From the NCBI RefSeq assembly GCF_006345805.1, contig NC_043007.1, forward strand, positions 69,068,001 through 69,132,000: DNA of 64,000 bases, written 5' to 3'. Shown here one piece after another: positions 13,756 through 27,855 of this stretch. Every line of letters begins with the position of its first letter. Positions within the stretch are counted from its first letter, which is position 1. This DNA comes from Octopus sinensis. Lineage: Eukaryota. Below the pieces are notes generated by a model. The model was not told the DNA's origin. It was given only the letters and a program-made list of their open reading frames with translations, and made no database searches. The translations under genes and the position numbers were made by a program.

Positions 13756-13944
13756 TATTATTATTATATTATTATTATTATTATTATATTATTATTATTA
13801 TATTACTATTATTATTATTATTATTACTATTATTATTATTATTATTATTATTATATTATTATTATTATTCAGTAGTTTTATTTTTATAGCGTGCTTTCAC
13901 TTCACTACCGAGCGCAGCTCTTATTATTATTATTATTATTACTA

Positions 13945-13975
<31 letters not shown>

Positions 13976-13996
13976 TATTATTATTATTATTACTAC

Positions 13997-14030
<34 letters not shown>

Positions 14031-14580
14031 GAGAGAGAGTAGGCATGCCATCAAAGTGGCACTGGGGTAAAATATACGAAACCCAATATACCCATCATGA
14101 CTACCCGTCTGATAAGAGTACACCAGGCACATGCATCACAACCATATGTGAGCGACATGGTGATCTCATATCAAGATAAACAGCGCATGACTTTGCAGGT
14201 GGGGGCCAGTTAGAATTTTCATCTGGTCGAGTAGCCCGTCCCAATCAAAAGGTCCCTGAATAAGGGTTGTTTAAGGATGTTGAATGGAATACCCATGTTT
14301 CCAAAGGTGAATTATCCAAACCTCCAAGAATTCCTTTCAACACACGGCTATGATGCTCCCCCACTACTTCTGATCGTGATCAGAGATGCACATATCTTCA
14401 GTCACAAAGAGACATACTCAAATGTGTAAGATCAAACAACTGACAAGCAAATCTGTAGTATTGAGCAGAATATTTGCTGTAGGCCATCTTTTATACCAAT
14501 ACAAAACAATGTACATGATAACACTTGCAATCAGTTAAGATCAGAAGCCACGAGAGTCATGCCTGGTACTGCATCAGGGC
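14031..14580. mobile_element. Non-coding ~550-bp insert within a (TAA)n tract
   Basis: Complex sequence sharply bounded by (TTA)n on both sides, with no convincing ORF or TIRs. Confidence 0.5.
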
Positions 14581-14651
14581 ATTATTATTATTATTATTGT
14601 TATCATTATTATTATTATTATTATCATTATTATTATTATTATTATTATTAT

Positions 14652-17600
14652 TGTCATTTACTTTTAATCTGCATGTTTGATGCAATCACCTGCCGGGGCA
14701 CACCCAGCGCCCTAGGGCAAGTGAAGGTTAAGAGTTGTTGAAATATAGCTGAAAGCTTGGGGAGGGGAAGTAGAGATATATCTCCATGTAATGCAAACAC
14801 AAACATTTACATTGATAGGGTTTTTCTAAGGATGTGGGCAGTACTTGTTAGCACAATCTTTTGGATTTCCTTGAGACATGGTTTTCTAGGGATATTGTCT
14901 AGGTGTTTCTGACATCCCTTTTTTATCATACCTAGGGCACCTACAATAATAGGAACAGTTTTCGTTTTAAGATTCCACATCCTCTGTATTTCGATTTCCA
15001 GGTCCTTATATTTACTAAGTTTGTCAAATTCCTTGACAGATACATTTTTATCAGTGGGGACGCTTACTTCTATTAGTCTGCAGGTATTTTCTTCCCTGTC
15101 TTTAACAATTATGTCTGGTCGATTAGCCCTGATCGTTCTGTCAGTGTTGACTGGAAAATCCCAGAGGATGGTGACATCTTTACCTTCAACAACTGGCTGA
15201 GGATGGTGTTCATACCAGTTAGCAGGAGTGTCGGATTTGTAGTGTTTACATATCTTCCAATGTATATACTGTCCTACCCTATCGTGGCGATTTTTGTATT
15301 CGTTTGGTGTCAGCACAGGACATCCCGAAACGAGATGGTCTATCGTTTCGTCAAATGTGTCGCAGAATCTGCATTTAGGGTCAGTATCGTTTCGGAGAAC
15401 GTTAGCCTGGTAATTTCTGGTAAACAAGCTTTGATCTTGTGCTGCCATTATGAAACCTTCAGTCTCTGCTTTCAATCCAGAGCTCTTCAGCCACTGATGG
15501 GTTGTTGCTTGGTCTACATCAGCATTTTGGCTTCGGAGAATATATTGTCCATGCAGGGGCTTCTGGCTCCACCGCCTCTCAATTTGATTCTGCCCGTTCT
15601 TTTTTGCAGTCTGCTTGATTCGCTTTGCTTGCTTGGTAGCAGTGGTTTCCGGCTCTTCATCTGATTCAAGGTTAATGTCTAGTTCCCTTTCGAACTTATA
15701 AGCTTCCTTGACAATAGAATGTAGCTTTTTGCTGCTTTCGTGTTCGCACACAAGTCGCAGCATCCAGTCCTTTGTACTAGATAGGTACCTGTTCATTCCT
15801 ACAGTAGAGGTCTTATAGCACAGCTCTAATTGCATCATTCCTCTCCCCCCGCTGCTTCTAGGTAGGTACAAGCGGTCTACATCTGCCTTAGGGTGGTGCA
15901 TGCTCTTGGATGTCAGTAACTTTCTTGTCTTCCTGTCCAAGCGTTGGAGTTCCGTAAGGTTCCAGTTAATGATGTTAAAACTGTACTGGACTACTGGAAG
16001 TGCCAGGGTGTTAATGGCCTCAATGCAATTTTTGGAGTTGAGTTCAGTCTTCAGTACAAGCCTTATTCTCCTATAGTATTCCTTTCTTATTTTTTCCTTC
16101 ATAGTAGCATGATGTATACCATCTCCTTCGTTGATTCCTAGGTATTTGTAACTTTCCTGTGGGTCAAGTTCCTTGATGGTAGTGTCAATATCTAATTTAA
16201 CAGAAGCTGTTTGCCTGAGCTTGCCTCTTACAAAAGTTGCTTTAGCACACTTATCAAGGCCAAAATCCATTCCGATATCATTGCTAAACTCTTTAACAGT
16301 TGTTAGCAGCCCTTCTAGCTCTTGGTCATTCCTGGCAAACAGCTTTAGGTCGTCCATATAGAAAAGGTGGTTTATTAACTTACTAAAAACTTTGTACCCA
16401 TATCTGGTACTATCCAATTCGTTTGAGAGTGGATCAGTGCCATGCAAAAAAGTAATGGAGAGAGGGAGTCACCTTGAAAGATGCCTCGTTTGATGTTGAT
16501 GCTGTTGGACTGGCTCATCCCATTACTATGGCTTAGAAAGAGACGTGTGTTCCACATGGTCATGCTATTCTCTAAGAATTTTGAGACGACAGGAGAGATC
16601 TTGTATATCTCAAGGGCCTTGAGTATCCATTTATGTGGGACACTGTCATACGCTTTCCTGTAGTCTATCCATGCCATACTCAGGTTTTTGTTTTTGCTCC
16701 GGAAATTCTCTACAATCATTCTGTTTATGAGCAATTGGTCTTTGCACCATAAGAGTTTCTTTTACAACCTTTTTGAGCTTGTGGAAGGATAGAATTTTGT
16801 TCAAGGAAAGCGTACATTCTCTCCGTTATTATGGATGTGAGGATTTTGTAGGTGGTGTTGAGACATGTTATTGGCCGGTAATTCTTTGGGTTTTTTGTGT
16901 CTTCGGTTTTAGGTAATAGGTAGGTGGTTCCTTCAGTCAGCCAAGCAGGTATTTGCTCTGGGTTCTGAATGACATCATACAGAGATGCAGCGAGATGTTC
17001 GTGTACCTCTGTCAAACAATTCAGCCAGAAGTTAGGGATCCGATCCAGTCCTGGGGTTTTCCATTTATGAGCCTTCCTAAGGACACACCTTAGCTCCTCT
17101 ATTCCTATTGCTTCCCATTTCTGTTCTTCAAGTTCATCCAGTCTCTCTTTCTCACGTTCTATCCAGTCAGCCTCAGCATTAAACTCTTTTTCGTTGCTCC
17201 ATACCTTCTTCCAGAACTCCTCCACTTCCTCAATCTTAGGTGGATCTTCTATGTGTATTTTATTTTTGCCAATTTCCCTATAAAATTTCTTTGCATCTGT
17301 CTTAAAAAATTTATTTTGTCGATAAAATTTGTTTCTTTTGTCATACCTTCTAAGCCGTTGAGCTTTCAACTGTATCCGTTGTTTCAACAGTTCCTTAGTT
17401 GCAGGGAGGTTTATGAGATCTTTGATTTTATATTTTTGCTTGATTTTTCTAGCTTTTCTCGGCTTAATATTCACTCCTCTAGCAAGCTCATCGAGAATTG
17501 AAACATCAGCCCGCAGAGATTCAATCTCTTTTTGTATCGCTACTTTCCACTTAGGAGGTTCATTGACATGCCTGGCCTTTTTCTTTGTCATCTTAATACC

Positions 17601-18312
17601 TAGTTGGGTAGTTACTACTTTAGCAGTGGAATAAATGAGATTATTTAAGGTTGTCAAATCATTCCCCTTATTTCTTAAGATCTGTCCTAGGGCAACGTTA
17701 TATGTCATGATTGTGTTGTTATTTCTTGTGCCATTTGAAAACTTTGGTAGTGGTTCTCTATTAACCATGTCAGTGAGCTCAATCTTGCCGAGTTCTCTCA
17801 TAATGTCCACTTTTGCTTCCATAATCTTTTCTCTATTATTCACCTCAAATTCTATGTCATATCTATTTGGTTTTCTTGAGGAAGGTCTACGTTCTCCTCT
17901 TTTTCAAATCTCTCGTCTTCGCTATTCTTTGTTTAACTTCCCCATTGGAAAGTTGATTTGCAGCTTGTACACTGGCTTCTGTGCTACTGTTACCTATTTC
18001 GTCTACATTGTTGCTGTTTTCTTTTGGTCTACCATAAGCTATTAGTGTCCTAATTTTGTCAATTTCAGCGTCAGTTAGTCTTTTGTTTTTAATTATATCT
18101 CTGCGTACATTACTTAATTTATTTGCGTCTATATATCTACGTACGTCATTGCCTACTGAATTTCTCCATGAGATGTATGTTTGTACACTGAGGTTATTGT
18201 TTGGGTTTAGTTGGGCTGTATAAAAAGCTTTCAACACATCTCTATAGTCCTCTCTGGTCCATTTTATACGTTTTGCTTTAGGTGGTGTTTTTGGTGGTGT
18301 CACTACAAGTCC
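14652..18312 (-). mobile_element. Near full-length Dong/R4-clade non-LTR retrotransposon (RT + CCHC + RLE) with about three frameshifts
   Basis: ORF pieces 17887-18312 (KWTREDY), 16725-17843 (PGLD, NYRPITCL, QKGC), 16375-16734 (WIDYRKAYDSVPH, GIFQGDSLSPLLF) and 14807-16447 (YMDD, CRFC...HLVSGC, RHD, PDI..E..K). (TAA)n on both flanks. Confidence 0.92.
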
Positions 18313-18319
18313 ATTATTA

Positions 18320-18393
<74 letters not shown>

Positions 18394-18412
18394 CATCATT
18401 ATTATCATTGTT

Positions 18413-18449
<37 letters not shown>

Positions 18450-18460
18450 TATTATTATTA

Positions 18461-18496
<36 letters not shown>

Positions 18497-18527
18497 TATT
18501 ATTATCATTATCATTATATTATTATTA

Positions 18528-18574
<47 letters not shown>

Positions 18575-19202
18575 TATTATCATTATTATTATTATTATTA
18601 CTTTTAGACACAAGTCAGTTCTTATCCAGCAGACACATGGATGATTAACGGCTCATATTTTCAGGTAGCATAGTTACTTCTAAGGCTAACTACATTATCC
18701 AATGTGCTCTTCATTTATTTAAAGACAATAGAGTGCAATCTAAGAAAGACTTCGATAGACTAACCTAATATCCAGTGGTGTGTGAGACCTGACCAATGAG
18801 CTATCCTAATATGCTTTCCTTTCAGTCCTATTTTCTTTTTCTTCTTTCCTTATTGTCCTCACATCTCTCTTTTGCTGTTTGTCCTTCTTTTCTTTCTAGA
18901 CTATTATCAAAACGGTTCTTTCTATCCTTCGTTCGTTTATTCTCTCGTTCGTGTATTCCTTCTCATTAATTACATGTCATTATTCTTATTCTTATTCTTA
19001 ATCCTTGTTCTTTCATCCTTTCATGCTTTCCTATCTTTATATCTTTCTATTTCTCTATCTTTCATTTATTCTATTTATTTATTTATTTATTTATTTATTT
19101 TGTTTTTCATTCATTCTTTCTTTTCTCTCTTTTTCCCCCTTAATTGACCAGTACTTGACTCCCCACTTCAACGATGATAACAACAACAACAATAATATTA
19201 TT

Positions 19203-19273
<71 letters not shown>

Positions 19274-19709
19274 ATAAATAAAGGAAGGAAGGAAGGAAAG
19301 AAAGAAGGAATAAAAATAGAAGACAAGTTGGGGAAAGGCAGTAAGCAAGAAGAAAGGTAAGGAAAAAAAGAAAAGGGAAAAAGGAAAAAATTACAAAACC
19401 GACAAGAAATGACATATATACGGGTATATTCGTCCGTCACCCGCCCTCTCACCCTTAGACCGCCACCTTTTTCATTTACAAATACCCATGCCCATACCCA
19501 CACTACCCCGAGTATATGTGTGTGTGTGTGTGTGTATGTATGAGTTTATGTTGTCCCTAAAGTGATAGCTGCTAATTGAGTACCTTGTAACCCGCGTTTA
19601 TATCACGTGATCTAATTCCCTGTGTGTTCTTTCATCACAGCCGACTGCCTCAAAATGGTCCGCTTCAGAGATAGATGGCCAGGTTTTTGTTTGTGCTGAT
19701 ATGTGTGTA

Positions 19710-19763
<54 letters not shown>

Positions 19764-20181
19764 GTGGGGAGAGTCAGAGAAGAGGTGGTGAGGATGTGAG
19801 GGGGAGGGGGTCAGCCTAAGGGTATGTGCTAGTGATAGCGACGATGGTAGGGGGTATGTGTTCACTCATATATGAGTAAATGTTCCTAGGTGGCTTTTTT
19901 CCTTGGGTTTCTTTTTTTTAATATCGTTGGTCGCACATTACCGACACCACCAAGCCGGTGGTGTAGTTGAGTCGGCGATGTGACAAACGCGGTAGGACGC
20001 AAAGCCTTGTACTCTACTCCCCTTGTCAAGATTTTAACCATGTATCTCTGGGTTCATATCTTCAATAGGGTCCTTTAATACTCTTAGGGGACCATATAAG
20101 ATTTTGGGGGTCCACCCAAGCAAAGAAATAGATTGGAGAGCCACAATGATATTTCAGGAGTCCATGAAAACATTTTGTTTT

Positions 20182-20529
20182 CAGGGGTTCTGAACCATTT
20201 TTTATCTAGGGACCCCTTTGATAATTATTTTATTCTGGTAGACTCACATAGCCATTCGATGTTTAAAGACTAGTTTTATAGTATCTCCTTACAAAACTCT
20301 TATTTCGTTTTTCATATGTTTTCTTGTGTAGGTGGAACTATGTAAAACACCACAGAAAGAAACCAAACTGTTTCGTGCAATACATACCAATACATGCAAC
20401 GACAGCAAAATTTTTTCAACGGCCCTGAAAATACTATTGTGGATTCCCAATTTACTATTTTGTTGCGTGGACCCTCAAAGTCTTATATGGAACCTCAGGG
20501 GCCATATAGATACCGGTTGAGAACCACTG
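20182..20529. mobile_element. hAT-like MITE
   Basis: TIRs CAGGGGTTCTGAACC / GGTTGAGAACCACTG. Internal sequence is shared with 49949-50583. No clear TSD. Confidence 0.6.
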
Positions 20530-21461
20530 CTTTAGTTGTGATTATTGCAAGGAACAACTGGGTTTCTTTAACGCTTAACGTTTCCGGTTACTGAAATATG
20601 TTCTCTCAGAGAATGCTATTGCAAATCTATACAAGTTAATATATGTAAAACAAAATAGGTATTTGAAAAGAAGTATTTTATAAAACTAGCTTTAAAACAT
20701 ATGAGGGTCCACCGGAGTAAAAAAAAAGAAATCAGAGGGGTCCATAAATAAAAAAAAAATTATTAAGCACTACTGTTATTATCTAACCATGCTGTTACTG
20801 AACTGGAATAGTTTTGTACATAAGATGCTGTTCCTCCGAGTTCTTAACTCCTTGCTACCAGAGACGTAGCCAGGTTTTAAAGTTAGTGGGGTAGCGAACA
20901 AATATAAAAGGGCACCGTGGCACATCAACCAACTTTTAAATCAGTCCTCATATATTACGCGAACTATTTCATGAGTTATAGTATACGTAATTGTATTCAG
21001 CATTCATTAATTACATGTTTCAGTAACAATTTCATGTTTCAGTAACTACTATGAAAAAGATGAAACTCTACGAGATCGTCCAGTGTCGAGAGATTATGAA
21101 ACCAGGGTTTATTTTGGTTCATCAGATATCAGCGGTCACCAACACATCACAGGATACTGAGCTGACAGTTGGTCAAATAATGTAATGACTCCAGAAAGTT
21201 CTTCCAAGGCCAAGCGATTAACAAAGATAAAAAAAAAATTCGATTTTTATCACAATAAGCGAATTAAATAGTTATACAAAATTGTTGAAAGGGCGCCAAT
21301 TATGAAAAATGTGTAAGTGGGGTGCAGTCGCTTCCTTTGCTCTCCTGTTAACAATGCTACTGCTTTCTAACCATTTATAAGTCACCAATCTGTAATTATT
21401 ATTCAGCACCAGGTCAGTTCTTGATCCAGCCAACTTACAATCAATGATTTCCAGCCACGAC

Positions 21462-21868
21462 CATGTAGCATTTTTCACATGGTGTTTAATTCTACAACAC
21501 TTTTGTCACATAGTGTTGTAACATAAGTATATAACATTTTTGTCACAAGAGGTTTAAGTTCGTAGCATTTTTGTTATATAGGATTTAAGAATGTAATATT
21601 TGCGACATGGTGTTTATGTAGCATTATTGCCATACGGTATTAAGACATGTAAAATGGTTTGTCACATGATGCTTAGATATGTAACACTTTTACTACATGG
21701 TGCTTAGGTATGTAGCATTTTTATCACGCGGTGTTTAAGTATGTAGCATTTTTGTCATGTAATATTGTTGTCACGTAGTGTTTAGGTATGTAGCATTTTT
21801 GCTAAATGGTGTTTAGGTATGTAGCATTTTTTGTCACATGGTGTTTAATAATGTAGCATATTTGTTAT
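21462..21868. repeat. Degenerate ~31-bp minisatellite, about a dozen units
   Basis: Recurring unit ATGTAGCATTTTTGTCACATGGTGTTTAAGT. Confidence 0.8.
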
Positions 21869-22849
21869 CCGGTTTCTATTTTAGCTTTGAGTATTTACTG
21901 TTAAACTGGTACCAATCAGATATCTCAGACAAGGTCCTTCTGTAGAACTTAAAATTACTGTACCAATATCTCGCTAAAAGATTTCCTCTGTTATTTTTCA
22001 TTCATTTCTTTTTCAATTACTTTATCGATGAACGATTGCATAGAATTCACTACATAATACATTCGGCCTTACTTAATCGCAACCCTTTCAATTTATCCAC
22101 GCCCCAAGATGACTTCAATCCATCCCGAGGAGAATTCTCAAATTGTATGGGGTGGCCTTTCAGACTGCGATGTACAGCTTGTTGATTCCATACAAACTTA
22201 CAAGCGTGAATCTTAAATTTTTGTATAATTTCTACAAAAATGAATTTCCTCCCTTGAACCGCTTGTATTTCTAATTTAAGAGCAATGAATTTTCTTTTCA
22301 ATGTCTGTAGTCGGCAATTCCTGTATAATTTAGACAACCTATCATTAAGTTGTTGCCGGTAGTTTGTAAATTTAATGTTTACTTTGTGAACCCCATATTA
22401 ATGATAGTATCGTCTTGTCTAAGGTTTCCTAATTATATGTGTGAATGTAGGTGGGGTGTATCTGTATTGTTTGTATATATTTGTGTGTAAGCGCGTGTGT
22501 ATGCAAGTATGTGTGCGTGAAAGTTGAGTACAACTTGTTGAAGAAAAATACAATGAAATAATGCAGGACATTATATATTAGTTATATATGAACTATGACA
22601 TCAGCTGTGTCCCTTATTTGTATAAATTATCTCACAGTCCTTTTGTAAACCATGAGTGGTTGTTAAACGATGTAGTAAAATCCTCAGTTATAAATAAATG
22701 ACGGTCTGGTGAAAGTGAGAGATGTATCAGAATACCATTCTAAAACAGATTGTCTGCAGTTAACGCTTTTTCTTATAGGCGTTGTTAGAAGCTAAAGTGC
22801 AACGTTCATGATCGTTTTCTGGACCTCACTGACTGATAAAAAGAGAGGA

Positions 22850-23340
22850 GTACGTTACTTTTAGAACTGAGGTTTAGCTCGAAAACTTGCAACAAGGTAG
22901 AGTTCGCTAAAAGCACAAATAGGACCAGGTGGTACTGTTAGCTACTTTACTTACTTGTGGCGACATTCGCCCTGGGCGGGTTGAGTCGGCTTCTTCTACC
23001 ACCCTCGAGGCATCTCGAACCATGGCAGTGGAAGAAGTTTCGTGGGGAATATGAATTTCACAAGCGGTCCCCAACAATCCCGCATGTAGAGACATCCTGT
23101 TTGCCGCAGATTGTCCGCAGACGCAGGGACAGAACGACCGAGGAGCCGCCGGTTGCCGAAACAGACACTCCGAGGATTTTCACCAGAGCCCTGTCCGCTG
23201 GGTTGTGGCGCTAATACCACTCGGTGTCAGACCAATCCGCCTTGGGTGGCCCTACCAGGAACCGAAGTTCCCGACGGCATAGCTCTAACACTACCCGTTG
23301 CCAGCGTCCCCACCCCGGTGCGGAGGAGATAGACTGAATG
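22850..23340 (+). mobile_element. GC-rich relic, possibly Tx1-type ORF1
   Basis: GC-rich island whose composition resembles the Tx1 copies. Only a faint zinc-knuckle-like remnant and no intact ORF. Confidence 0.25.
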
Positions 23341-23384
23341 ATGGATTAAGTTTACCACCTAAAAACAGAAAATGTCTATTTTGT

Positions 23385-23720
23385 AGGCTTCCTCGCAATC
23401 TCCATGTCTCAAATGTCACGCACAACGCTTTGGCTAATCCGAGGCTATGGTAGAAGTTATTCAATCAAAGTACTGTGCAGTAGGGTCGAATTCTGAATCA
23501 TCTAGTTTAATAAGGGTAAAGGGTAAAGACCCCCACCACCGCTTTTTAATCGGTGTTGTTTACGTCTCCGTAATGTTAGCAGCTCGATAATAGAGACCCG
23601 ATGGAATAAGTATTATGCTTTAAAAATAAGTATTGGGGTCGATTCATTAATCTAAACCCTTCAATCTGGCATCTCAGCATGACTGCAGTCCAATGATTCA
23701 AGGAAGTAAAACGATAAAAG
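23385..23720 (-). mobile_element. Degenerate CORE-SINE pieces
   Basis: Matches both halves of the 27377-27855 family. The second half (~23540-23720) is in the opposite orientation. Confidence 0.5.
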
Positions 23721-24019
23721 TTAAGAGATTTTTTTCTCTCATGTCTATTAATTCTCATAGTAATAGCTTCATCAGTGTTAGATATGTTTCTAGGCTGGTG
23801 ATGGTTAGCTTGACATGCATTCGCCAGCACGTGTTAGGACTAAGAGTTAATGAATATTCACATTAAAAAGAACCTATGCACCACGAAAAAAAACGAAATA
23901 CACAGGTATCAATTTTAGAGGTAAATATTTGAAACATTGGTGTCAAAGATTGGCGCAACCTAACAATTTAGGGGTAACAAGGGTACATCAAATACTTCAA
24001 CATCACTAGTCAATTTGTA

Positions 24020-24380
24020 TTTGCTTTATTAACCCGAAAAGATGAAAAGTAAAGTCGACCTTGGCGTTATTTGAACTTAGAACATAAAGACGGACGAAAT
24101 ACTGGTGATTTTGCCCAACATGCTAACGATTCTGCTAGCACGCCGCCCTAAATATTTAAAAGATTGGTTTGAAACTCTGGTACGAGGACAGCAAGTTCGG
24201 GCGAAGGTGTAAGTCGATTATATTGACACCCGTGTACAACTGGTACTTATTTTATCGACCCTTAAAGGATGAAAAACAAAGTCGACGTAGGCGGAAATGG
24301 AACTCAGAAAGTAAAGACGGAGGAAATATTGGTAAGCATTTTTGCCCAGCGTGCTAAAAATTCAGCAAGAACACCGCCTT
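24020..24380 (-). mobile_element. Two tandem degenerate copies of the 3655-3884 SINE family
   Basis: Two blocks with GATGAAA...AAAGTCGAC...GGCG...GAACT.AGA...AAAGACGGA.GAAATA...CCGCC. Confidence 0.7.
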
Positions 24381-24639
24381 AAATATATAGTTTCTTAAAA
24401 CATGGATTTTAAAAAAAATATTGCGAAAATTAGCTTAAACTTATATTTCAAAATATCAATTTTAAAACCAAATATTTAGAATTTTAGACTAATTTAGAAT
24501 TTTAGATAATAAATTTGAAACTATGAATATTGAATCTAAATTATTTTTGAAGTACGTATTAATATGTCAAAGTTACAAGGGCTTATATATGTATGTGTGT
24601 ATATGTGTGTGTGTACATATAGACGCACACACACACATA

Positions 24640-24910
24640 TACACACAAACGATGAGTTTTCGTCAGATTGATTAATAGGTGTGCGTTCAAGCGACCCGCA
24701 TGCTTTTCTCCTGGTTATCCGTCCCTTCCTATTCTTCCTCTTCACTGGACTTCCTTCCACAATCCGATGAAGAGCTATGCTCGAAACGTCATATTTTCAT
24801 TTTTCAATTTTTCATCTAAAAGTTTCGCGTGTGTCAAATTAATATATTCCCTGTGTACGTCAATCTGAATTTGTTTTATGTTTTCATTCTTGAAGTTGCC
24901 ATTCGTCACC
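24640..24910 (+). mobile_element. Penelope-type terminal repeat relic with hammerhead-like motif
   Basis: CCGATGAAGAGCTATGCTCGAAACGTC at 24764-24790, with a layout similar to 714-910. Confidence 0.5.
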
Positions 24911-25127
24911 GACTTGCCCGTATGTGTGTGTATGTGTAAAATAATGATATACATGTATAGTGGGGTGTATACACACGTTAATATCGAACAGTGAGAATAA
25001 GTGTTGAGACCATATTGATGGATCAATATTCTTTATCTGTGGGTTAACCAGTCTACCATTCGTTATATGTAAAGAGAGATATATTTCTTTTAACATGAAA
25101 CCAATGGCACCCTTGTTAATCCACATG

Positions 25128-25257
<130 letters not shown>

Positions 25258-25348
25258 CGAGGTAGCGTGCACGCGTACGTTAGTAAATTAGGATATATAC
25301 ACATTTAATAATACATAATATATGTGTGTGCCTGAGTGCCTTTTTTTG

Positions 25349-25380
<32 letters not shown>

Positions 25381-25854
25381 ATATAGACACACATATGTAT
25401 GTGTGTATGTATTTATATATACACGGTTCGGATGCATATATGATAAAGGACAGCTACACGTGTAATTCATAGAGCATATATAATTACACACATTCATGCA
25501 TATGTAGGTAGGTATATAGTTTTATGTGTGCATGTATGAGTGTGTGTGAGACACAGACAGACAGACAGACAGAAAGAAAGACAGACAGAAAGAAAGACAG
25601 ACAGAAAGAAAGACAGAGAGCAAGTCCCTCCGTTTATACCTCAACTGTTTATAGCTCTTGATTTTTGATTTTGTGTGTGTGAACAAAACGGTTGCCAGGG
25701 GCAACGGTATTTAATCTTGTCTCATTTATTAAGTGTTTTTCGCTCGATTTATTTCCGGGTTGGAGGCAAGACGTGAATTTAAAAGCCAAATTACCTTCGT
25801 CTCGGGTTTTGGTTATGCTACACAGTGCTGCTGCTGTTGTTGGGTTTGTGATTC

Positions 25855-25885
<31 letters not shown>

Positions 25886-26018
25886 TGTACTGAGATGTTG
25901 TTGCTGTTGCTGTTTTGGTTTCTTATGTTCACTCTCATGGTTACTTGTTGCTTTTGTTGTTGTTGTTGCTGATTTTGTTAGTTCTGGTTTCTCATGCTTA
26001 TTATTATCCTTATTTTAT

Positions 26019-26112
<94 letters not shown>

Positions 26113-26170
26113 ATTAATTTCTTGTATGTCTGTTTTGGGATTTATGATTATTGTTATTGTTGCTATTTCA

Positions 26171-26203
<33 letters not shown>

Positions 26204-27376
26204 CCGGTGGTAGTGGTGGTGGTGGTGGTGGTGGTGGTGGTGGTGGTGGTGATGGTGGTGGTGGTGGTGATGTTAGTTTTTTAGCGTTGTTTTTGTGTTA
26301 GTTTTCTTTCCCGTTGTTGGATGTGTATTGTTGTCCATGTTGTTGGCGTTACGGTCTTTGCCCTGTGTCCCTGGTTGATACTTGTACTTAAAATTGTTCT
26401 GAGCAACCTTGTTGCAGTTGTTTTCTTTTGTTGTTTTGTTCTAATATTTATTGCTGTTTTGTGGTTATTCTTGTTGTTGTTGCCGTTGCTGTCGCTACTA
26501 CTGCTGCTGTTACCGTTATTGTGGATCCGAGTCAACCCTGATCTGTCAGCATGGCACGTAGGTCGTCGACTGAACCGACTAAGTGTAACCCACAGATCAA
26601 CTGATCCGCGTGTGTTCCCATAGGTAAGGACGGTAGTGCACACTCCGACAAACATTGATGAATATTACAGGATACAGAGCGACACAATAGAGATGCTGTA
26701 GACCTCATGACATTGCCCTGTGTTTCCCTGAACATTTGTAGACTCTGATTGAGAGGCACACTCCTAAGTTTTCTGCAGAGTTTGGGGTTTGCATCATGCG
26801 AATTTGTTCCTTCTGTTGTTTTGTGATAAGGGTCTACATTTCAAAAATATGTGCGGCGAATTGCCTGAGTCGTTATAAGTGTCAGACAGAATATTTCGCG
26901 ATATTTATTCCGACACTGTGCGCTCTGATTCTAAGCCCAATCGCTATCAACTTTGCTTTCCATCCTTTCGAGGTTAATAAAAGAAAGAATATCACTCTAA
27001 GGGGGTGGATTGATGGAACTGTAAGAACGTTGGATCGGTTGCCTTGCAGTATTTGTCTCGCCTCTTTGCTTTCTGAGTTCATATCCTACCGTAGTCTATT
27101 TGGGTGGTAGACGTAACCCGTCGCCCAGTTAAGAACCATAACATCGTACTTTGGGCACCATTTGCAGAGACAAGTCTGTTGCAAGCATTTGGGCCGAGCC
27201 AAGTCTCCGGTTCGAGGATACCATCCTATGTCCCTCCAACTAGTCTTGAAGGCCAGCAAAGGACGATAGGTACTGTTATTTTTTCCTCTCCTAGCAAAAA
27301 AATAAAGAAGTGATGATATTGTTCGATCAGAAGCAAGCTGAGACAAAACCATATTCTTTCTGGTATATTTCACATA

Positions 27377-27582
27377 CTCTTTTTACTCTTTTACTTGTTT
27401 CAGTCATTTGACTGTGGCAAAGCAGGAGCACCGCCTTTAGTTGAGCAAATCGCCCCAGGACTTATTCTTTGTTATCCTAGTACTTATTCTATCGGTATCT
27501 TCTGTCGAACCGCTACGTTACGGGGACGTAAACACACCACCATCGGTTGTCAAACGATGTTGGGGGAACAAACACAGACACA

Positions 27583-27613
<31 letters not shown>

Positions 27614-27654
27614 CACACACAACACACACACACACACACACACACCACACACAC

Positions 27655-27695
<41 letters not shown>

Positions 27696-27855
27696 GACGG
27701 AGTTCTTTCAGTTTCCGTCTACCAAATCCACTCACAAGGCTTTGGTCGGCCCGAGGCTATAGTAGAAGACACTTGCCCAAGGTGCCACGCAGTTGGACGG
27801 AACCCGGATCCATGTGGTTCGTAAGCAAGCTAATTACCACACAGTAACTCCTATG
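27377..27855 (-). mobile_element. Complete CORE-type tRNA SINE with internal (TA)n/(TG)n microsatellite
   Basis: Minus strand: tRNA-like head, CACCTTGGGCAAGTGTCTT (CORE motif), microsatellite at ~27575-27693, then a 3' half ending GAAACAAGTAAAAGAGTAAA. Confidence 0.8.

Noticed and set aside
21462-21868. CRISPR-like regular repeats
   Set aside because: Tandem degenerate units with no unique spacers and no cas genes, in a eukaryotic context.
26520-26630. Possible exon ending at AG/GTAAG
   Set aside because: No recognisable protein in any frame and no convincing acceptor.
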